NCBI RefSeq assembly: GCF_035084215.1
Contig: NC_090354.1
Location: 2,232,001-2,296,000 of the forward strand
Direction of reading: 5' to 3'
DNA length: 64,000 bases
DNA from: Heptranchias perlo
Lineage: Eukaryota
A program made the position numbers and the translations under genes. The notes under the pieces were generated by a model. The model did no database searches. It saw only the letters and a program-made list of their open reading frames with translations, and had not been told where the DNA came from. Of this stretch, positions 10,251-22,589 are shown in pieces (position 1 is the first letter of the stretch; each line of letters starts with the position of its first letter).

Positions 10251-11874
10251 AACTTCTTCAACTTCTCTCTCCTCTCCTAACTCTTGGGAGCTGCCATCCC
10301 ACCGTGGTCAAGTGACCAATCACACATGAGCCTAGACAGTGTAAGTTGGGGGAATATTTGACCCTGGAGGCATCACAGCCGGAGAGCCACTCACGCACTT
10401 TCCCAGGGGTCACTGGATAGGGATCAGGAGCAGGAACCCCGGCTGAATCACCTCCCTCCCTGAACCCCGTGATACTGAGGACAATCGCAGCCCCCCTTCC
10501 CCTTCCCCCTCCCCCAACTGTTGCCCCAGGTGTGAAGAGCACAGACCCAAAAGGGGGGGGGGGGGGGGGGGGGAAAGATATGGGGTGGAACCAAGGCACC
10601 TTCCTGTTCAGTGCAGTTCAATCACTCACTAAAATCAACCCGTCCAATGAGTTTCCTTCTTTGTAACAGCGAGAAGTTCTTAGTAAGTTCATTCTCAAGA
10701 GATTTAGAAATTCGTTTAAAACTCAAACAAACTGGAGAATTATTCAGCTATGAAACGATAACCAGGGATGCGAGTGATGTCCACTGAACGATATGCTAAA
10801 GGCTCCCACCTGCGCTGTGCTGAGCTGAGCTGGGGTTTTAAGCTCAGCATCTGCTGGGCTACAGGGTCAGGGAGGGGAAGCTGCAGGTCACACTCTGTAT
10901 GGGGCTGTCTCCTTGGGCCCCCTGTTCAAAACTGGACAGGTGCAGACTGCACACACAAGGACACACTGTACAGCACAGAAACAGGCCATTCGGCCCAACT
11001 GGTCTATGTCGGCGTTTATGCTCCACACGAGCCTCCTCCCTCCCTACATGTGTGAAATGGTTCAGCGTTTAAATCCAGAATTTTATTGCCTGCTCTCCAA
11101 TCACCGAATCGATCAGGTAACTTGCCCCTTCGCTTGATCATTAAACGACTGGCGTGGGGACATCAGATGATGACAGAAATGTGCCTGGAGATGATGCCTT
11201 TCATGGTAGAATAGCCCACGGACACTCATTGTCTGGACTCAAGTGAGGAATTGCCAGATTGGAGAGACAGTGCCTTCAGGAGAAGAGGGCACAAAATCAG
11301 GGGCGCTTTTCACAATGGGCAGGATGTCATGTAATAACTTACCTGATATCACGGGGTCTCCCAGTGGAAACCCCGGTATAAAATGATCTCTCAATCAATT
11401 CACTACTCAAAGCTCCAGCTCCCTCTGGTGCTGCCTCAGTGAATGAACATCACAGAACAAAAGACAGGTACTGAGACAATTTTAAAAAGTCACAACTGAG
11501 TGACTGTTCCACCAAATCCAACAGAAAATGTCAGGCTTATTAAATCTGTGTGTTTAGGAGCCCCTGCAGTTTTAAAGACAAAGTTGCATTTATATAGCAC
11601 CTTATCACAGATCCGACACGTCCCAAAGCACTGCACTCATCACTGACGGCAAGCTGGTCTCTTCATGGTGTTTGATGTGGGCCAGGGATAACTCCAAACA
11701 ACGGAATCAAGGGATATGGGGATAGGGCAGGAAAATGGAGTTGAGGTTGAAGATCAGCCATGATCTGATTGAATGGGGGAGCAGGCTCGAGGGGCCGAAT
11801 GGCCTACTCCTGCTCCTATTTCTTACGTTCTTAAACAGTATTTTTGGATCTTTGTTAGCCATGGCTCAGTGTTA

Positions 11875-12158
11875 CCCAGTGATGTTGGTTGAGGGATAAA
11901 TATTGGCCAGGACACTGGGGAGAACTCCTCTGCTCTTCTTTGAAACAGTGCCATGGGATCTTTTACGTCCACCCGAGGGCAGACGGGGCTTTGGTTTAAT
12001 GTCTCATCCAAAAGGTGGTACCTCCAGCAGTGCAGCACTCCCTCAGTACTGCACTGGGAGTGTCAGCCTGGATTATGTGCTTAAGTCTCTGGAGTGGGAC
12101 TTGAACCCACAACCTTCTGACTCAGAGGGGAGAGTGTTACCCACTGAGCCAAGCTGAC
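11875..12158 (-). mobile_element. SacSINE1-like SINE, 5' portion
   Basis: Head and Deu body match the other copies. Confidence 0.85.
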
Positions 12159-12329
12159 GCTGACACTGACACTAACCAGCAGTATAACAAGGAGCATGTC
12201 AGTTTTGTCCCCCATTAAGGACGCAGCTTCTCCTGGGTGGAGCGGTCACGTCTCCTTGAAGCGGGGGCTCCATGGAATGACGTGAAGTACAAGAACGGAG
12301 CAGGGAGCTGAGAGAAACTTCATACTCAC

Positions 12330-12475
12330 AGCACGAGGTTGGAAATCATCTTCCTGCAGGCCCCATTGCTCCCGGTAAAATCGATAATACACAAGGTTCT
12401 GCTGCATGATTTCATCTTGTGGGTCAAAGAGCTTGTAGGTGGCTACACAGGACACTGCATTCCTAATGTCGTTCA
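12330..12475 (-). CDS. P3H4: P3H4 exon 5 (146 bp)
   Basis: cgcag|(L)[48 protein letters not shown]|gtgagt. Confidence 0.95.
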
Positions 12476-12554
12476 CTGCGAAACAAGACAAGAGTTATTT
12501 GTCTGTGTGCGTGCTGCTCCGTGGCTGTCTGTGTCCGTAAACAGGTATACTCAC

Positions 12555-12683
12555 GTTTGTAGTACGCGAACTGCAGGTAATGGTACATGGTTGCAACAAA
12601 CTTCTCCACAAAGAACCCCCCGACATTGGGGGTTAGATTCTGGTCACAATTCACTTTGCATTTCAGTGTTTCCACGTAGTGTT
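12555..12683 (-). CDS. P3H4: P3H4 exon 4 (129 bp)
   Basis: acag|(E)[42 protein letters not shown]|gtgagt; CXXXC and [11 protein letters not shown] leprecan/CRTAP motifs; followed by a 79-bp intron. Confidence 0.96.
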
Positions 12684-12924
12684 CTGTGAACAGAGAGAGA
12701 ATCACAGGAATCACAGACTGCAGGAAACTCCTCAGTGCAGCTCGGGAAAGAATCTCAGGCCCAGGAGGGACAGATTCAAGATCAGGAACATAAAATATAC
12801 AGAGGTCAACATGTGGAACAAGTACAGGAAGGAACCAGGTTACATCCCTGGTGATTGTTAGAGATACCTCACGATAAAGGGGATAACTGGATGGGCAGGT
12901 GAGATGGAGTGATGATATCCAGTA

Positions 12925-13215
12925 CACAATATGTTACTCTACATATTACTGTGTGTTACTCCACATTACCACATGTTACTATGTTACATATTACTGTGTG
13001 TTACTTTGTTATTCTGCATTATTACATTACTTCACAGGTTACTCTGTTACTACACTACATATGTTACTCTACTTATTACTCTGTTACTCTACATTACCAT
13101 GTTGCTGCATTACATTACACATTGCTGTGTGTTACTATGTTACTCTACATTATTCCACGTTACTCTGTTACTACACTACTCTACATACGTTGCTCCATGT
13201 TATTGCATTACTCTG
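12925..13215. repeat. Degenerate TAC/TTAC-rich simple repeat
   Basis: Recurring gttactctacatattactgt units. Confidence 0.85.
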
Positions 13216-13789
13216 ACACCAGTGTCGGGGACATTAGTGGGAATCATCACTAACCCAGTCTAACCCCATTTCAGTCCAAACTCTCCCGGTGCCACACCAA
13301 CCAGATCACCGAGTATCCGGCACGGTCGTGGTTGGCAACGACTGTCAGCGGCTTCTCCGGAATTCCTGCTCCAGGATACCAGGGGATACGGAGCAAAAGG
13401 TACAGCTGTTATGATACAGATCAGCCATGATCTGATTGAATGGTGGGACAGGCTCAAGGGGCTGAATGGCCTCCTGCTGTTCCTACGGTCGTGATCATTT
13501 ATTCAGAAACCAGAAATGTAAAGACTGGAAGAGTTTGTCCACCATCCTGTGCAGTTACAGGTCCGGCTGGTAACCTCGTGGCAAGGCACTGTGTTTGGTT
13601 ATAAAAAAAATTCCCATTCATCTCCCCCTGGCCCCCCCCCCGGCCTCCCACTTCTCTCAAAGACACAGACTCATGCTGGGATTCAGACAGTTCATCCAAT
13701 GTCCATTCCTCGAGACACCATCACTATTTGGTGCTATCACCAAGACATGTGACTCAATACCAGCAGAGGATGCACTTAATCCCCACCTG

Positions 13790-14285
13790 CCCAGTTCCCT
13801 CCCCTCAGCCCGGTCACCCCCTCCTCCACCCGCCTGGTCTCCCTGCCCCACCCCCCCCCAGCCTGATCACTCCCTCCCCCCTCAGCCCGGTCACCCCCTC
13901 CTCCACCCACCTGGTCTCCCTCCCCCCTCAGCCCAGTCACCCCCTCCTGCACCCACCTGGTCTCCCCCCCCCCCCCCCCCCCCCGCAACCTGGTGACCCC
14001 CTCCTCCGTCCACCCGGGCCTACCCGGTCTAACTCCCTCCCACTGCCCGCCCGGTCTCCCTCTCTCCCACTCTCCCCTCCTCCCTCCCCTCAGCCCGGTC
14101 ACCCCCTCCATCACCTGCCTGTTCTCCCTCACCCCCCAACCTGGTCACTCCCACCCCCCGGTCACCCCCTCCTCCGTCCACCCGGTCGCCACCCCCCCCC
14201 CCCACCCCACCCCCACCACCGGGCCTACCCGGTCTAACTCCCTCCCGCTGCCTGCCCGCCCAGTCTCCCTCCCCTCCCCTCCGAT
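13790..14285. repeat. C-rich degenerate minisatellite (G-rich on the P3H4 sense strand)
   Basis: Repeated cccggtcaccccctcctccaccc(g/a)cctggtctccc. Confidence 0.85.
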
Positions 14286-14401
14286 GTTGTTACTATCCGG
14301 GTCAGCGACAACCTCTCGGAGCTGGGCTTTCACTCACTGCCTGATTCACGTAGGCCTGAAGATACAGTTTCCACTTTAATGGCAACCGCCCTCTGACACT
14401 T

Positions 14402-14672
14402 TAGGGTTGCCAACTCTCCTGGATTGCCCTGGAGTCTCCAGGAATTGAAGATTATTCTCCAGGACGCTGCTGCGAGCAAAACCCGGGAGAAAAATCACAG
14501 GGGGAGATAAAAAACTGAGTGTTTTCTTCATTTCCTTTGAACACTTTTATTTATTAGTTATAAAAATATTAGAGACGGCAAAGGCAGCTATTTGACTGGG
14601 TGGAGCAGTTGGAGGTAAGAGATCATGCAATGAAACCTCCAGGGATACGTCCTACCAGAGCTGGTATCCCTA
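14402..14672. mobile_element. hAT-like MITE, second copy
   Basis: TAGGGTTGCCAAC ... CTGGTATCCCTA; interior similar to 5995-6431. Confidence 0.6.
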
Positions 14673-14879
14673 CGACACCAGGATTAAAAGAGCATACGTG
14701 ATCGAGTGGGAAATGCACAGATCCCCCAGTTTTTAACCAAAGCAAACCCAGAATATAAATGGGGCAGGTCTGGCTCGAAACAGGATCCAGAACAGTTAAT
14801 AAACCACTTGCACTCAAAGTGTCTAAAAGGAACCAAACAATGAGGTAATAAAGAGACCAGCAGACACTGGAGCCAAGCA

Positions 14880-15230
14880 AGTTTAAAGGATTTGATAGGG
14901 TCGATAGAGAGAAACTATTTCCCTCTGGTGGGGAGAGTCCAGAACAAGGGGGCATAACCTTAAAATTAGAGCCAGGCTTTTTCAGGGGTGATGTCAGGAA
15001 GCACTTCTTCACACAAAGGGGAGTGGAAATCTGGAACTCTCTCCCCCAAAAAGCTGTTGAGGCTGGGGGGTCAATTGAAAATTTCAAAACTGAGATTGAT
15101 AGATTTTTGTTGGGGATTAAGGGTTACGGAACCAAGGCGAGTAAATAGAGTTAAGATACAGATCAGCCGTGATCTAATTGAATGGCGGAACAGGCTCAAG
15201 GGGCTGAATGGCCTCCTCCTGTTCCTTTGT
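14880..15230 (+). mobile_element. CR1 LINE 3' fragment
   Basis: Same family as 8845-9220. Confidence 0.85.
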
Positions 15231-15292
15231 TCATTAGACTGTCGGGTAAGGTGGTGCTTCAGATATTGATCCTTCTGTGAGACGCGACTCAC

Positions 15293-15464
15293 CGGCCACT
15301 GCAGGGTAAAAGTCCTTGAAATCTGTGACGTCACATGATTCTTCACAGCCACTGATACATTCCTGATACACCTTGTAGTACTCGGGAAGTGCGTGCTCCA
15401 TGTCGGTGATACTGCTGCGGAAATTCCCGCTGTTATAGGCCTTCACGGCCTTCAGGAACAGCGT
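15293..15464 (-). CDS. P3H4: P3H4 exon 3 (172 bp)
   Basis: acag|TLFLKAVKAYNSGNFRSSITDMEHALPEYYKVYQECISGCEESCDVTDFKDFYPAVA|gtgagt; CXXXC motif. Confidence 0.96.
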
Positions 15465-15668
15465 CTGTCGGGAGTTAAAGAATAACACGGGTCAGGATGC
15501 ACTTTCCCGTTTCTCCTTCCCTCCTACTCTTCCCCCGCACACTCCAGGTCTCCCCACCTCCTCACACGTCATCGGCTGCTCGGGAGAGCGGGAAGGTAAC
15601 CTGCACCCAAACGTCCTACTGGGACGCGGCAGCCCGGGGGGCGGGGGGGTGTCGGGATCGGGCGAGCG

Positions 15669-15850
15669 CTGGGGCACAGCATCCTGGGAGGGGAGTACTG
15701 AGGTACAGCAACCGAGGATCGCGTGGGGAGGGGAAGGGGGAATACTGGGGCACAGCATCCTGGGAGGGGAGTACTGAGGTACAGCAACCGAGGATCGCAT
15801 GGGGAGGGGAAGGGGGAATACTGGGGCACAGCATTCCCGGAGGGGAGTAG
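15669..15850. repeat. 76-bp tandem repeat, ~2.4 copies
   Basis: ctggggcacagcat starts at 15669, 15745 and 15821. Confidence 0.9.
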
Positions 15851-16038
15851 GGATCAGGGATGGTACTGGGAAACAGCAGCCCAGAAGAGAGCCCAGGATG
15901 GGAGGAGTGCTGAGGCACAGCAGCTCAGGTGGGGAGTTAACCTCTGTCGGGGTCTCTGCTGATCCGAATGCTCTCTCTCTCTCTCTGCCTGCGCCCGTTT
16001 AGGACTTGAGCCGTTATTTCTAACCTCGCGCGTCTTAC

Positions 16039-16188
16039 CTCGTGCTCCCGAGCTTCTACATCAACAAGGTAAGTCTCAATGTCAGGAATGGTTTTATAAT
16101 AAGTCATCTTCTTCTGCATTGCAGCATCCTTGGGATTCTTCTGCAGGAAGGTGTGGGCAGCAGCGATGGATTTCTCCAGGTTATTAAT
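16039..16188 (-). CDS. P3H4: P3H4 exon 2 (150 bp)
   Basis: tcag|INNLEKSIAAAHTFLQKNPKDAAMQKKMTYYKTIPDIETYLVDVEAREHE|gtaag; AAAHTFL family motif. Confidence 0.96.
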
Positions 16189-16382
16189 CTGAGGACAAAA
16201 AGCACGAGTCAGAGAGAGAGAGAGAGAGAAAGAAAGAGAGAGAGAGAGAGAGAAAGAGAGATCCAAGGCCCAGACACTGGAGCAGACAGGAGCCACAACT
16301 TAAGATCAAGCAGCACCCAGGATAGAATATGTACCATGTTGATGCTTGTACTAAATATTGGGCCAGGACACTGGGGAGAACA

Positions 16383-16582
16383 NNNNNNNNNNNNNNNNNN
16401 NNNNNNNNNNNNNNNNNNNNNNNNNNNNNNNNNNNNNNNNNNNNNNNNNNNNNNNNNNNNNNNNNNNNNNNNNNNNNNNNNNNNNNNNNNNNNNNNNNNN
16501 NNNNNNNNNNNNNNNNNNNNNNNNNNNNNNNNNNNNNNNNNNNNNNNNNNNNNNNNNNNNNNNNNNNNNNNNNNNNNNNNNN
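16383..16582. other. Assembly gap (200 N, placeholder size)
   Basis: Exactly 200 N. P3H4 exon 1 and FKBP10 exons 1-4 are not found on either side. Confidence 0.99.
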
Positions 16583-17602
16583 TGACATGATCATGCTCAA
16601 CTGTGATGCCCTAGCAGTCAAATAGCTTGCTGATGCTCATTCATATAGGTTCAATGGAGGAAGAATGGGTGTGAGACAATTGCTCAGGATGAGTCTGTGC
16701 CTTCAGTCCAGGAGTGGACACATGCTGATACCCTCTTGTCCAGACAGTGTTTGGGGTGGGGGGAGAGGGGGAGAACAGATGGCAGACACGGCATCGAAGG
16801 ACCTGATTGTTAAGAACGGTCGTTCAGCCAAGGACATGGGACTAGAAGCAGGCCATTCAGCCCCTCCAGCCAGTTCTGTCATTCAATTAGATCATGGCTG
16901 GTCTGTATCTTAATTCCATTTACTCACCTCGGTCCTGTAACCCTTGCCTAATAAAAACAATTAACCTGTCTGTTAATCTTGGCTGGTGATTGAGATCGGA
17001 GGGGGGGGTTAATACAAAGAGTAAGGGGTAATCCCCACAGCTAATGTTTCACACTCTTTCCTCACCCCCAAACACTGTCTGGTGCTAAGTCTGAATGAGG
17101 TCTGTGATTGTGATGCCCCCCCCGGTTACACAGCTTCGACCCATTGAGCACAGGATGTGGACGAGAGTGCGGTCATCATTGGCCTCTCTCTGTGTCATTC
17201 ACTTGTTCTCATACTTAGTTTCCCTCCCCCTCCCTCCCAAACACAAGCCTTGTAGGAAAAGTTTCTGCTCTCACCCTCTGTCTCCTGATAAAATAGCTCC
17301 TGTATCCAAGGCAACGAGTCTATGGAATCTGGAATAATTGCAGGAGACGCCCGGTTTTACAAGTTCAGAACAGTTCCAAATAGTCACTGAGTACAGGTGC
17401 AGTTCGATGGGGTCGGATGGCGCACACCTTGTGATCTGGTGCCAGGACATGGGTTTGCCCCTGACATTTATTATATTTTTTAAAAAATGCAACTTCACCT
17501 CCAACATTCACATCGAGTTGGAATCGAGGAGGAGCTGAATCCCCCTCCCCCCAAAAATACATGAATGGAGGAAGAAAATAGTTTCTAAATTTATAAGACC
17601 AC

Positions 17603-18407
17603 CTGAGGTGAAGGGTCAAGGCCCACAGTGTAGGATATCACCGAGGTCAAGGGTCAAGGCCCACAGTGTAGGATACCACCGAGGTGAAGGGTCAAGGCCC
17701 ACAGTGTAGGATATCACCGAGGTGAAGGGTCAAGGCCCACAGTGTAGGATACCACCGAGGTGAAGGGTCATGGCCCACAGTGTAGGATACCACCGAGGTG
17801 AAGGGTCATGGCCCACAGTGTAGGATACCACCGAGGTGAAGGGTCATGGCCCACAGTGTAGGATACCACCGAGGTGAAGGGTCATGGCCCACAGTGTAGG
17901 ATATCACCGAGGTGAAGGGTCAAGGCCCACAGTGTAGGATATCACCGAGGTGAAGGGTCAAGGCCCACAGTGTAGGATACCACCGAGGTGAAGGGTCATG
18001 GCCCACAGTGTAGGATACCACCGAGGTGAAGGGTCATGGCCCACAGTGTAGGATACCACCGAGGTGAAGGGTCAAGGCCCACAGTGTAGGATACCACCGA
18101 GGTGAAGGGTCATGGCCCACAGTGTAGGATACCACCGAGGTGAAGGGTCATGGCCCAGAGTGTAGGATACCACCGAGGTGAAGGGTCAAGGCCCACAGTG
18201 TAGGATATCACCGAGGTGAAGGGTCAAGGCCCACAGTGTAGGATATCACCGAGGTGAAGGGTCAAGGCCCACAGTGTAGGATACCACTGAGGTGAAGGGT
18301 CAAGGCCCACAGTGTAGGATATCACCGAGGTGAAGGGTCAAGGCCCACAGTGTAGGATACCACCGAGGTGAAGGGTCAAGGCCCACAGTGTAGGATATCA
18401 CCGAGGT
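17603..18407. repeat. 38-bp minisatellite, ~21 copies
   Basis: Unit CCGAGGTGAAGGGTCA(A/T)GGCCCACAGTGTAGGATA(C/T)CA. Confidence 0.97.
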
Positions 18408-18991
18408 TGGAAAGAGTAAGAAGGAAGATGAAGAAAATCAGGACGTAACGGTCAACTGACATCAAGCTTGGATTTTAAAAGTCTGAAAATTGTAGGTGGA
18501 AGAGGAGACTGAGGGAGGGCTGGAGTTCTAAAGTTTGAGGTCCTGGGAAAGAATGAACTGGAGTCGGAGATGGTGCGATGAATTTTGATTTCACCGCAGT
18601 GAGGATGCAGCGAGGAGGAGGAAATGGTTGTAGGCCGGGGTTTTAGGTGAACGAGAGAGGAGAGTTCAGAGGAGCTCCGACCTATAGTAGGATTGATCAA
18701 AAGACAAATTTTAGCTCGTTTCAAGCCTCCTCTCCCTCATCTTCACCCATGAGGTGCAAGGGCTTCCCTAGATGTGCGGCAGCATTCATCCCATTCGCTG
18801 GATTAGGAGCAGGGCAGTTAGGGTTTTTAATCTGCCTCTTGACAGGGGGTGAGGAGACTGTGTGTGTGTGTGTGTGTTTCTGTGTGTTTCTGTGCGTGTA
18901 GATAATTGCCATTCCCGGTGTGAATAATTAAAGTGGCCGGGTCTCTTTCCCCGTTGCAGTTTTGACCAGTTCCTGCTGTTGTGTCCGTCAG

Positions 18992-19181
18992 GTAGTGATA
19001 TCCCCCCTCAGGCCAGTCTGGTGTTCGATACGCTGCTGCTCGATCTGCACAACCAGAATGACACCATCTCCATAGAGAAGCAGATTGTCCCAGAGCCCTG
19101 CACCCGCAAGATCGAGACCGGAGACTTCATCCGCTATCACTACAATGGCAGCCTGTTAGACGGAACCTTCTTTGACTCCAG
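18992..19181 (+). CDS. FKBP10: FKBP10 (FKBP65) exon 5 (190 bp), PPIase domain 2/3 junction
   Basis: tcag|(G)SDIPPQASLVFDTLLLDLHNQNDTISIEKQIVPEPCTRKIETGDFIRYHYNGSLLDGTFFDS|gtgag. Confidence 0.93.
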
Positions 19182-19431
19182 GTGAGCTCTCGAACCGCAC
19201 ACCTGTTTTTGCTCATGACATTTTTTATTAAACGTTAGAACTGGTAACAATGAAGGGAAAATTACTTCCTGTCCCCCCCCCCCCCCCCCTCCCCCCAACT
19301 TGTGCAAACAGAATCATCGAGAGCTGTAACACTCCGAACATCCACCAATATACAGCCCAGCCCATAATACCCCACCCAACCAACTAACTCCCGGTGGCCA
19401 ATACTAAGGAAGACCTCTTAACCTGGTCGTA

Positions 19432-19715
19432 TGTCAGCCGTGGCTCAGTGGGTCGCACTCTCGCCTCTGAGTCAGAAGGTCCTGGGTTCAAGTCCCACTC
19501 CAGAGACTTGAGCACATAATCCAGGCTGACCCTCCCAGTGCAGTACTGAGGGAGTGCTGCACTGTCGGAGGTGCCGTCTTTTGGATGAGACGTTAAACCA
19601 AGGCACTGTCTGCCCTCTTGGGTGGATGTAAAAAATCCCATGGCACTATTTCAAAGAAGAGCAGGGGAATTCTTCCTGGTGTCCTGGCCAAGTGGTGTCA
19701 CTCAACCAACATCAC
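19432..19715 (+). mobile_element. SacSINE1-like SINE 5' half; continues at 21190-21380
   Basis: Intact head and Deu body, broken at caaccaacatcac. Confidence 0.88.
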
Positions 19716-21189
19716 GGAAAGGCATGGTTTAATCAGGGATAGTCAGCATGGATTTTTTTTCAGGGAAGGTCATGCCTTACAAATCTGATTGAATTCTTTG
19801 AGGCAATGACGAGGAGGATTGATGAGGGTAGTGCAGTGGATGTTGTCTACATGGATTTTAGTAAGGCATTTGACAAGGTCCCACATGGCAGACTGGTCAG
19901 AAAGGTAAAAGCCCATGGGATACAGGGAAATGTGGTGAATTAGATCCAAAATTGGCTCAGTAACAGGAAACAAAGGGAAAAAGTCAATGGATGTCTTTGC
20001 GAATGGAAATCCGTTTCCAGTGGTGAGCCACAGGGCTCAGTGTTGGGTCCCTTGCTGTTTGTGGTATATATTAATGATTTGGACCTGAATGTAGGGGGCA
20101 TGATTGGCAAATTTGGAGATGACACAAAAACTGGCCGTGTAGTTGATAGTGAAGAGGATAGCTGTAGACTCCAAGAAGATATCAATGGGTTGGTGGAGTG
20201 GGTGGAAAAGTGGCAAATGGAGTTCATCCCGGAGAAGTGTGAGGTAATGCACTTAGGGAGGGCAAACAGTAAAAGGGAATACGCAGTAAACGGGAATATA
20301 TTGAGAGGGGTAGAGGAAGTGAGAGACCTTGGAGTGCATGTGTACAGGTCCCTGAAGGTGGCAGTACAGGTAGATAAGGTTGTGAAGAAGGCATACGGAA
20401 TGCTCTCCGTTATTAGCCGAGGTATAGAATACAAAAGCAGGGATGTAATGATGGAACTGTACAAAACGCTGGTAAGGCCACAGCTGGAGTATTGTGCACA
20501 GTTCTGGTCACCACATTACAGGAAGGACATAATTGCTCTGGAGAGAGTGCAGAGAAGATTTACAAGAATGTTGCCAGGGCTTGAAAATTGCAGCTACGAG
20601 GAGAGATTGGATAGGCTGGGGTTGTTTTCCTTGGAGCAGAGGAGGCTGAGGGGAGTCTTGATTGAGGTGTACAAAATTATGAGGGGCCCAGATAGAGTAG
20701 ACAGGAAGTACCTGTTTCCCCTAGCGGAGAGTTCAAGAACTAGAGGACATTTAAGCTGATTGGCAGAAGGATTAGAGGGGACATGAGGGAAAACTTTTTT
20801 ACCCAGAGGGTGGTGGGTGTATGGAATTCGCTGCCCGAATTGGTGGTAGAGGCAGGGACCCTCAACTCTTTTAAAAAGTACCTGGACCTGCACCTAAAGT
20901 GCTGTTGTCAATCTCATAGAACAGGCAAAATTACATACAAAGATCCATACAGTTATACATTTTCAGAGAGGGGAGGGACATGATTATCTCTCACTGAACT
21001 ACTAAAAGCTTACCACATATGCATTTTCATTAGAGGGGGCGCCACGTAGGCATTCTCACTGTAAGCTGCAGGGCTACGGACCGGGTGCTGGAAGGTGGGA
21101 TTAGAATGGGCACCTGGTTGTTCTTCGAGCCGGCGTGGACATGATGGGCCGAATGGCCCCCTTCTGTGCAGTATCTTTTCTATGGTGCT
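19716..21189 (+). mobile_element. 5'-truncated CR1 LINE (RT C-terminal half plus 3' end) inserted into the SINE
   Basis: [22 protein letters not shown] (YADD-like), YCAQFWSPH; ATCAC duplicated at 19711-19715 and 21190-21194. Confidence 0.92.
20906..21058. mobile_element. 153-bp TG...CA insertion with a 4-bp TSD (short solo-LTR-like)
   Basis: CTGT at 20902-20905 and 21059-21062; the sister CR1 at ~62880-62900 is uninterrupted at this site. Confidence 0.6.
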
Positions 21190-21380
21190 ATCACTAAAAC
21201 AGATGATCTGGTCATTTATCACATTGCTGTTTGTGGGACCTTGCTGTGTGCAAATTGGCTGCCGTGTTTCCTACATTACAACAGTGACTGCACTTTGAAA
21301 GCACTTCATTGTCTGTAAAGTGCTTTGGGACGTCCTGAGGTCGTGAAAGTCACTATATAAATGCAAGTCTGTCTGTCTTT
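21190..21380 (+). mobile_element. SacSINE1-like SINE 3' half
   Basis: tcactaaaacaga...ctatataaatgcaagtc tail. Confidence 0.85.
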
Positions 21381-21849
21381 TATGTGACACTATGGTTTTC
21401 TACTGGTCAACTTACACAAACAGAATCAACAGTACTGGCTGCATAGCCCCAAAATAAGGAAAACACACAATACAAAACCGAGAAAACAATCCATGAGGAA
21501 CCTTGTACATGTTGAGGCCGATCTACAGCAGTGGACAGCAGCAAGACTGAGTTGGTTGTGAGTGAGAATTCACATTCACTGCTCATCCTGTGCTTCAGCC
21601 CACGGTGAGGTCATTCCAGTCATGAGTGGGGGCAGGGCATTCCCCCAAGGAAGGAGGGAGGAAGAGAGGGAGGGAGGGAGAGTTCCTGTACACGGAGTGA
21701 CCAATGTTTGCATTTACCTTGGCTCCTGTGAAGCGTCTTGGGACATTTTGCTACGTTAAAAGGGCTATATAAATGCAGGTGGTTGTTGTTGGCTTGGTGG
21801 CAGGCATGAGATGAAAAGTGTTATCTGAGCTGTTGGCAATGGGAGTTAC

Positions 21850-22280
21850 ATAGAATTTACAGCACAGATACAGGCCATTCGGCCCAACTGTTTATGCTCC
21901 TCATGAGCCTCTTTTCCCCTCTTCATCTCACCCTATCAGCATATCCTTCTATTCCTTTCTCCCTCATGTGTTTATCCAGCTTCTCCTTAAATGTATCTAC
22001 ACTATTCACCTCAACTACTCCTTGTGGGAGTGAGTTCCACATTCTCACCACTCTCTGGATAAAGAAGTTTCTCCTGAATTCCCTATTGGATTTATTAGTG
22101 ACTATCTTATATTTATGGCCCCGAGTTCTGGTCTCCCCCACAAGTGGAAACATTCTCTCCACACCTACCCTATCGAACCCTTTCATAATCTAAAGATCAC
22201 CCCTTGGTCTTCTCTTTTCTAGAGAAAAAAGCCGCAGCCTGTTCAGCCTTTCCTGACAGGTATAACCTCTCAGTTCTAAC
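21850..22280 (-). mobile_element. CR1 LINE 3' fragment
   Basis: MKGFDRVGVERMFPLVGETRTRGHKYK...FFIQRVVRMWNSLP. Confidence 0.9.
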
Positions 22281-22589
22281 CCTGTAAAAATACTTTAGCA
22301 CCGTTGGACTCAAAGTGGAGGAGGTGGGATTCTGTATCTGGTACGTGTGCTGTTAACACGCCATATTGCTCTCTGAAAGTGACACTGGGAGACCGGCCAG
22401 TTAGGTGTGTAAGACACAAAATCTAATTTCAGCTGGATATAAACTTGGCTTTTTATTGCAAGGAATCCAGTTTTCACTGAAGGTGAGAGGTCAGTCTTGG
22501 GAGCTCTACTTTACACTAGCAGATGTAAAAATGGCTGGGTATTCTGCGGTGAGTGACTCACCTCCTGACTCCCCAAAGTCTCTCCACCA

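Noticed and set aside
8093-16188. Calling the leprecan-family gene CRTAP
   Set aside because: The acidic EFEGEGDYEE..DWWQEP tail and the FKBP10/NT5C3B/KLHL10 neighbourhood indicate P3H4.
17603-18407. CRISPR-like regular repeats (also the other arrays)
   Set aside because: Head-to-tail units with no unique spacers, no cas genes, vertebrate context.
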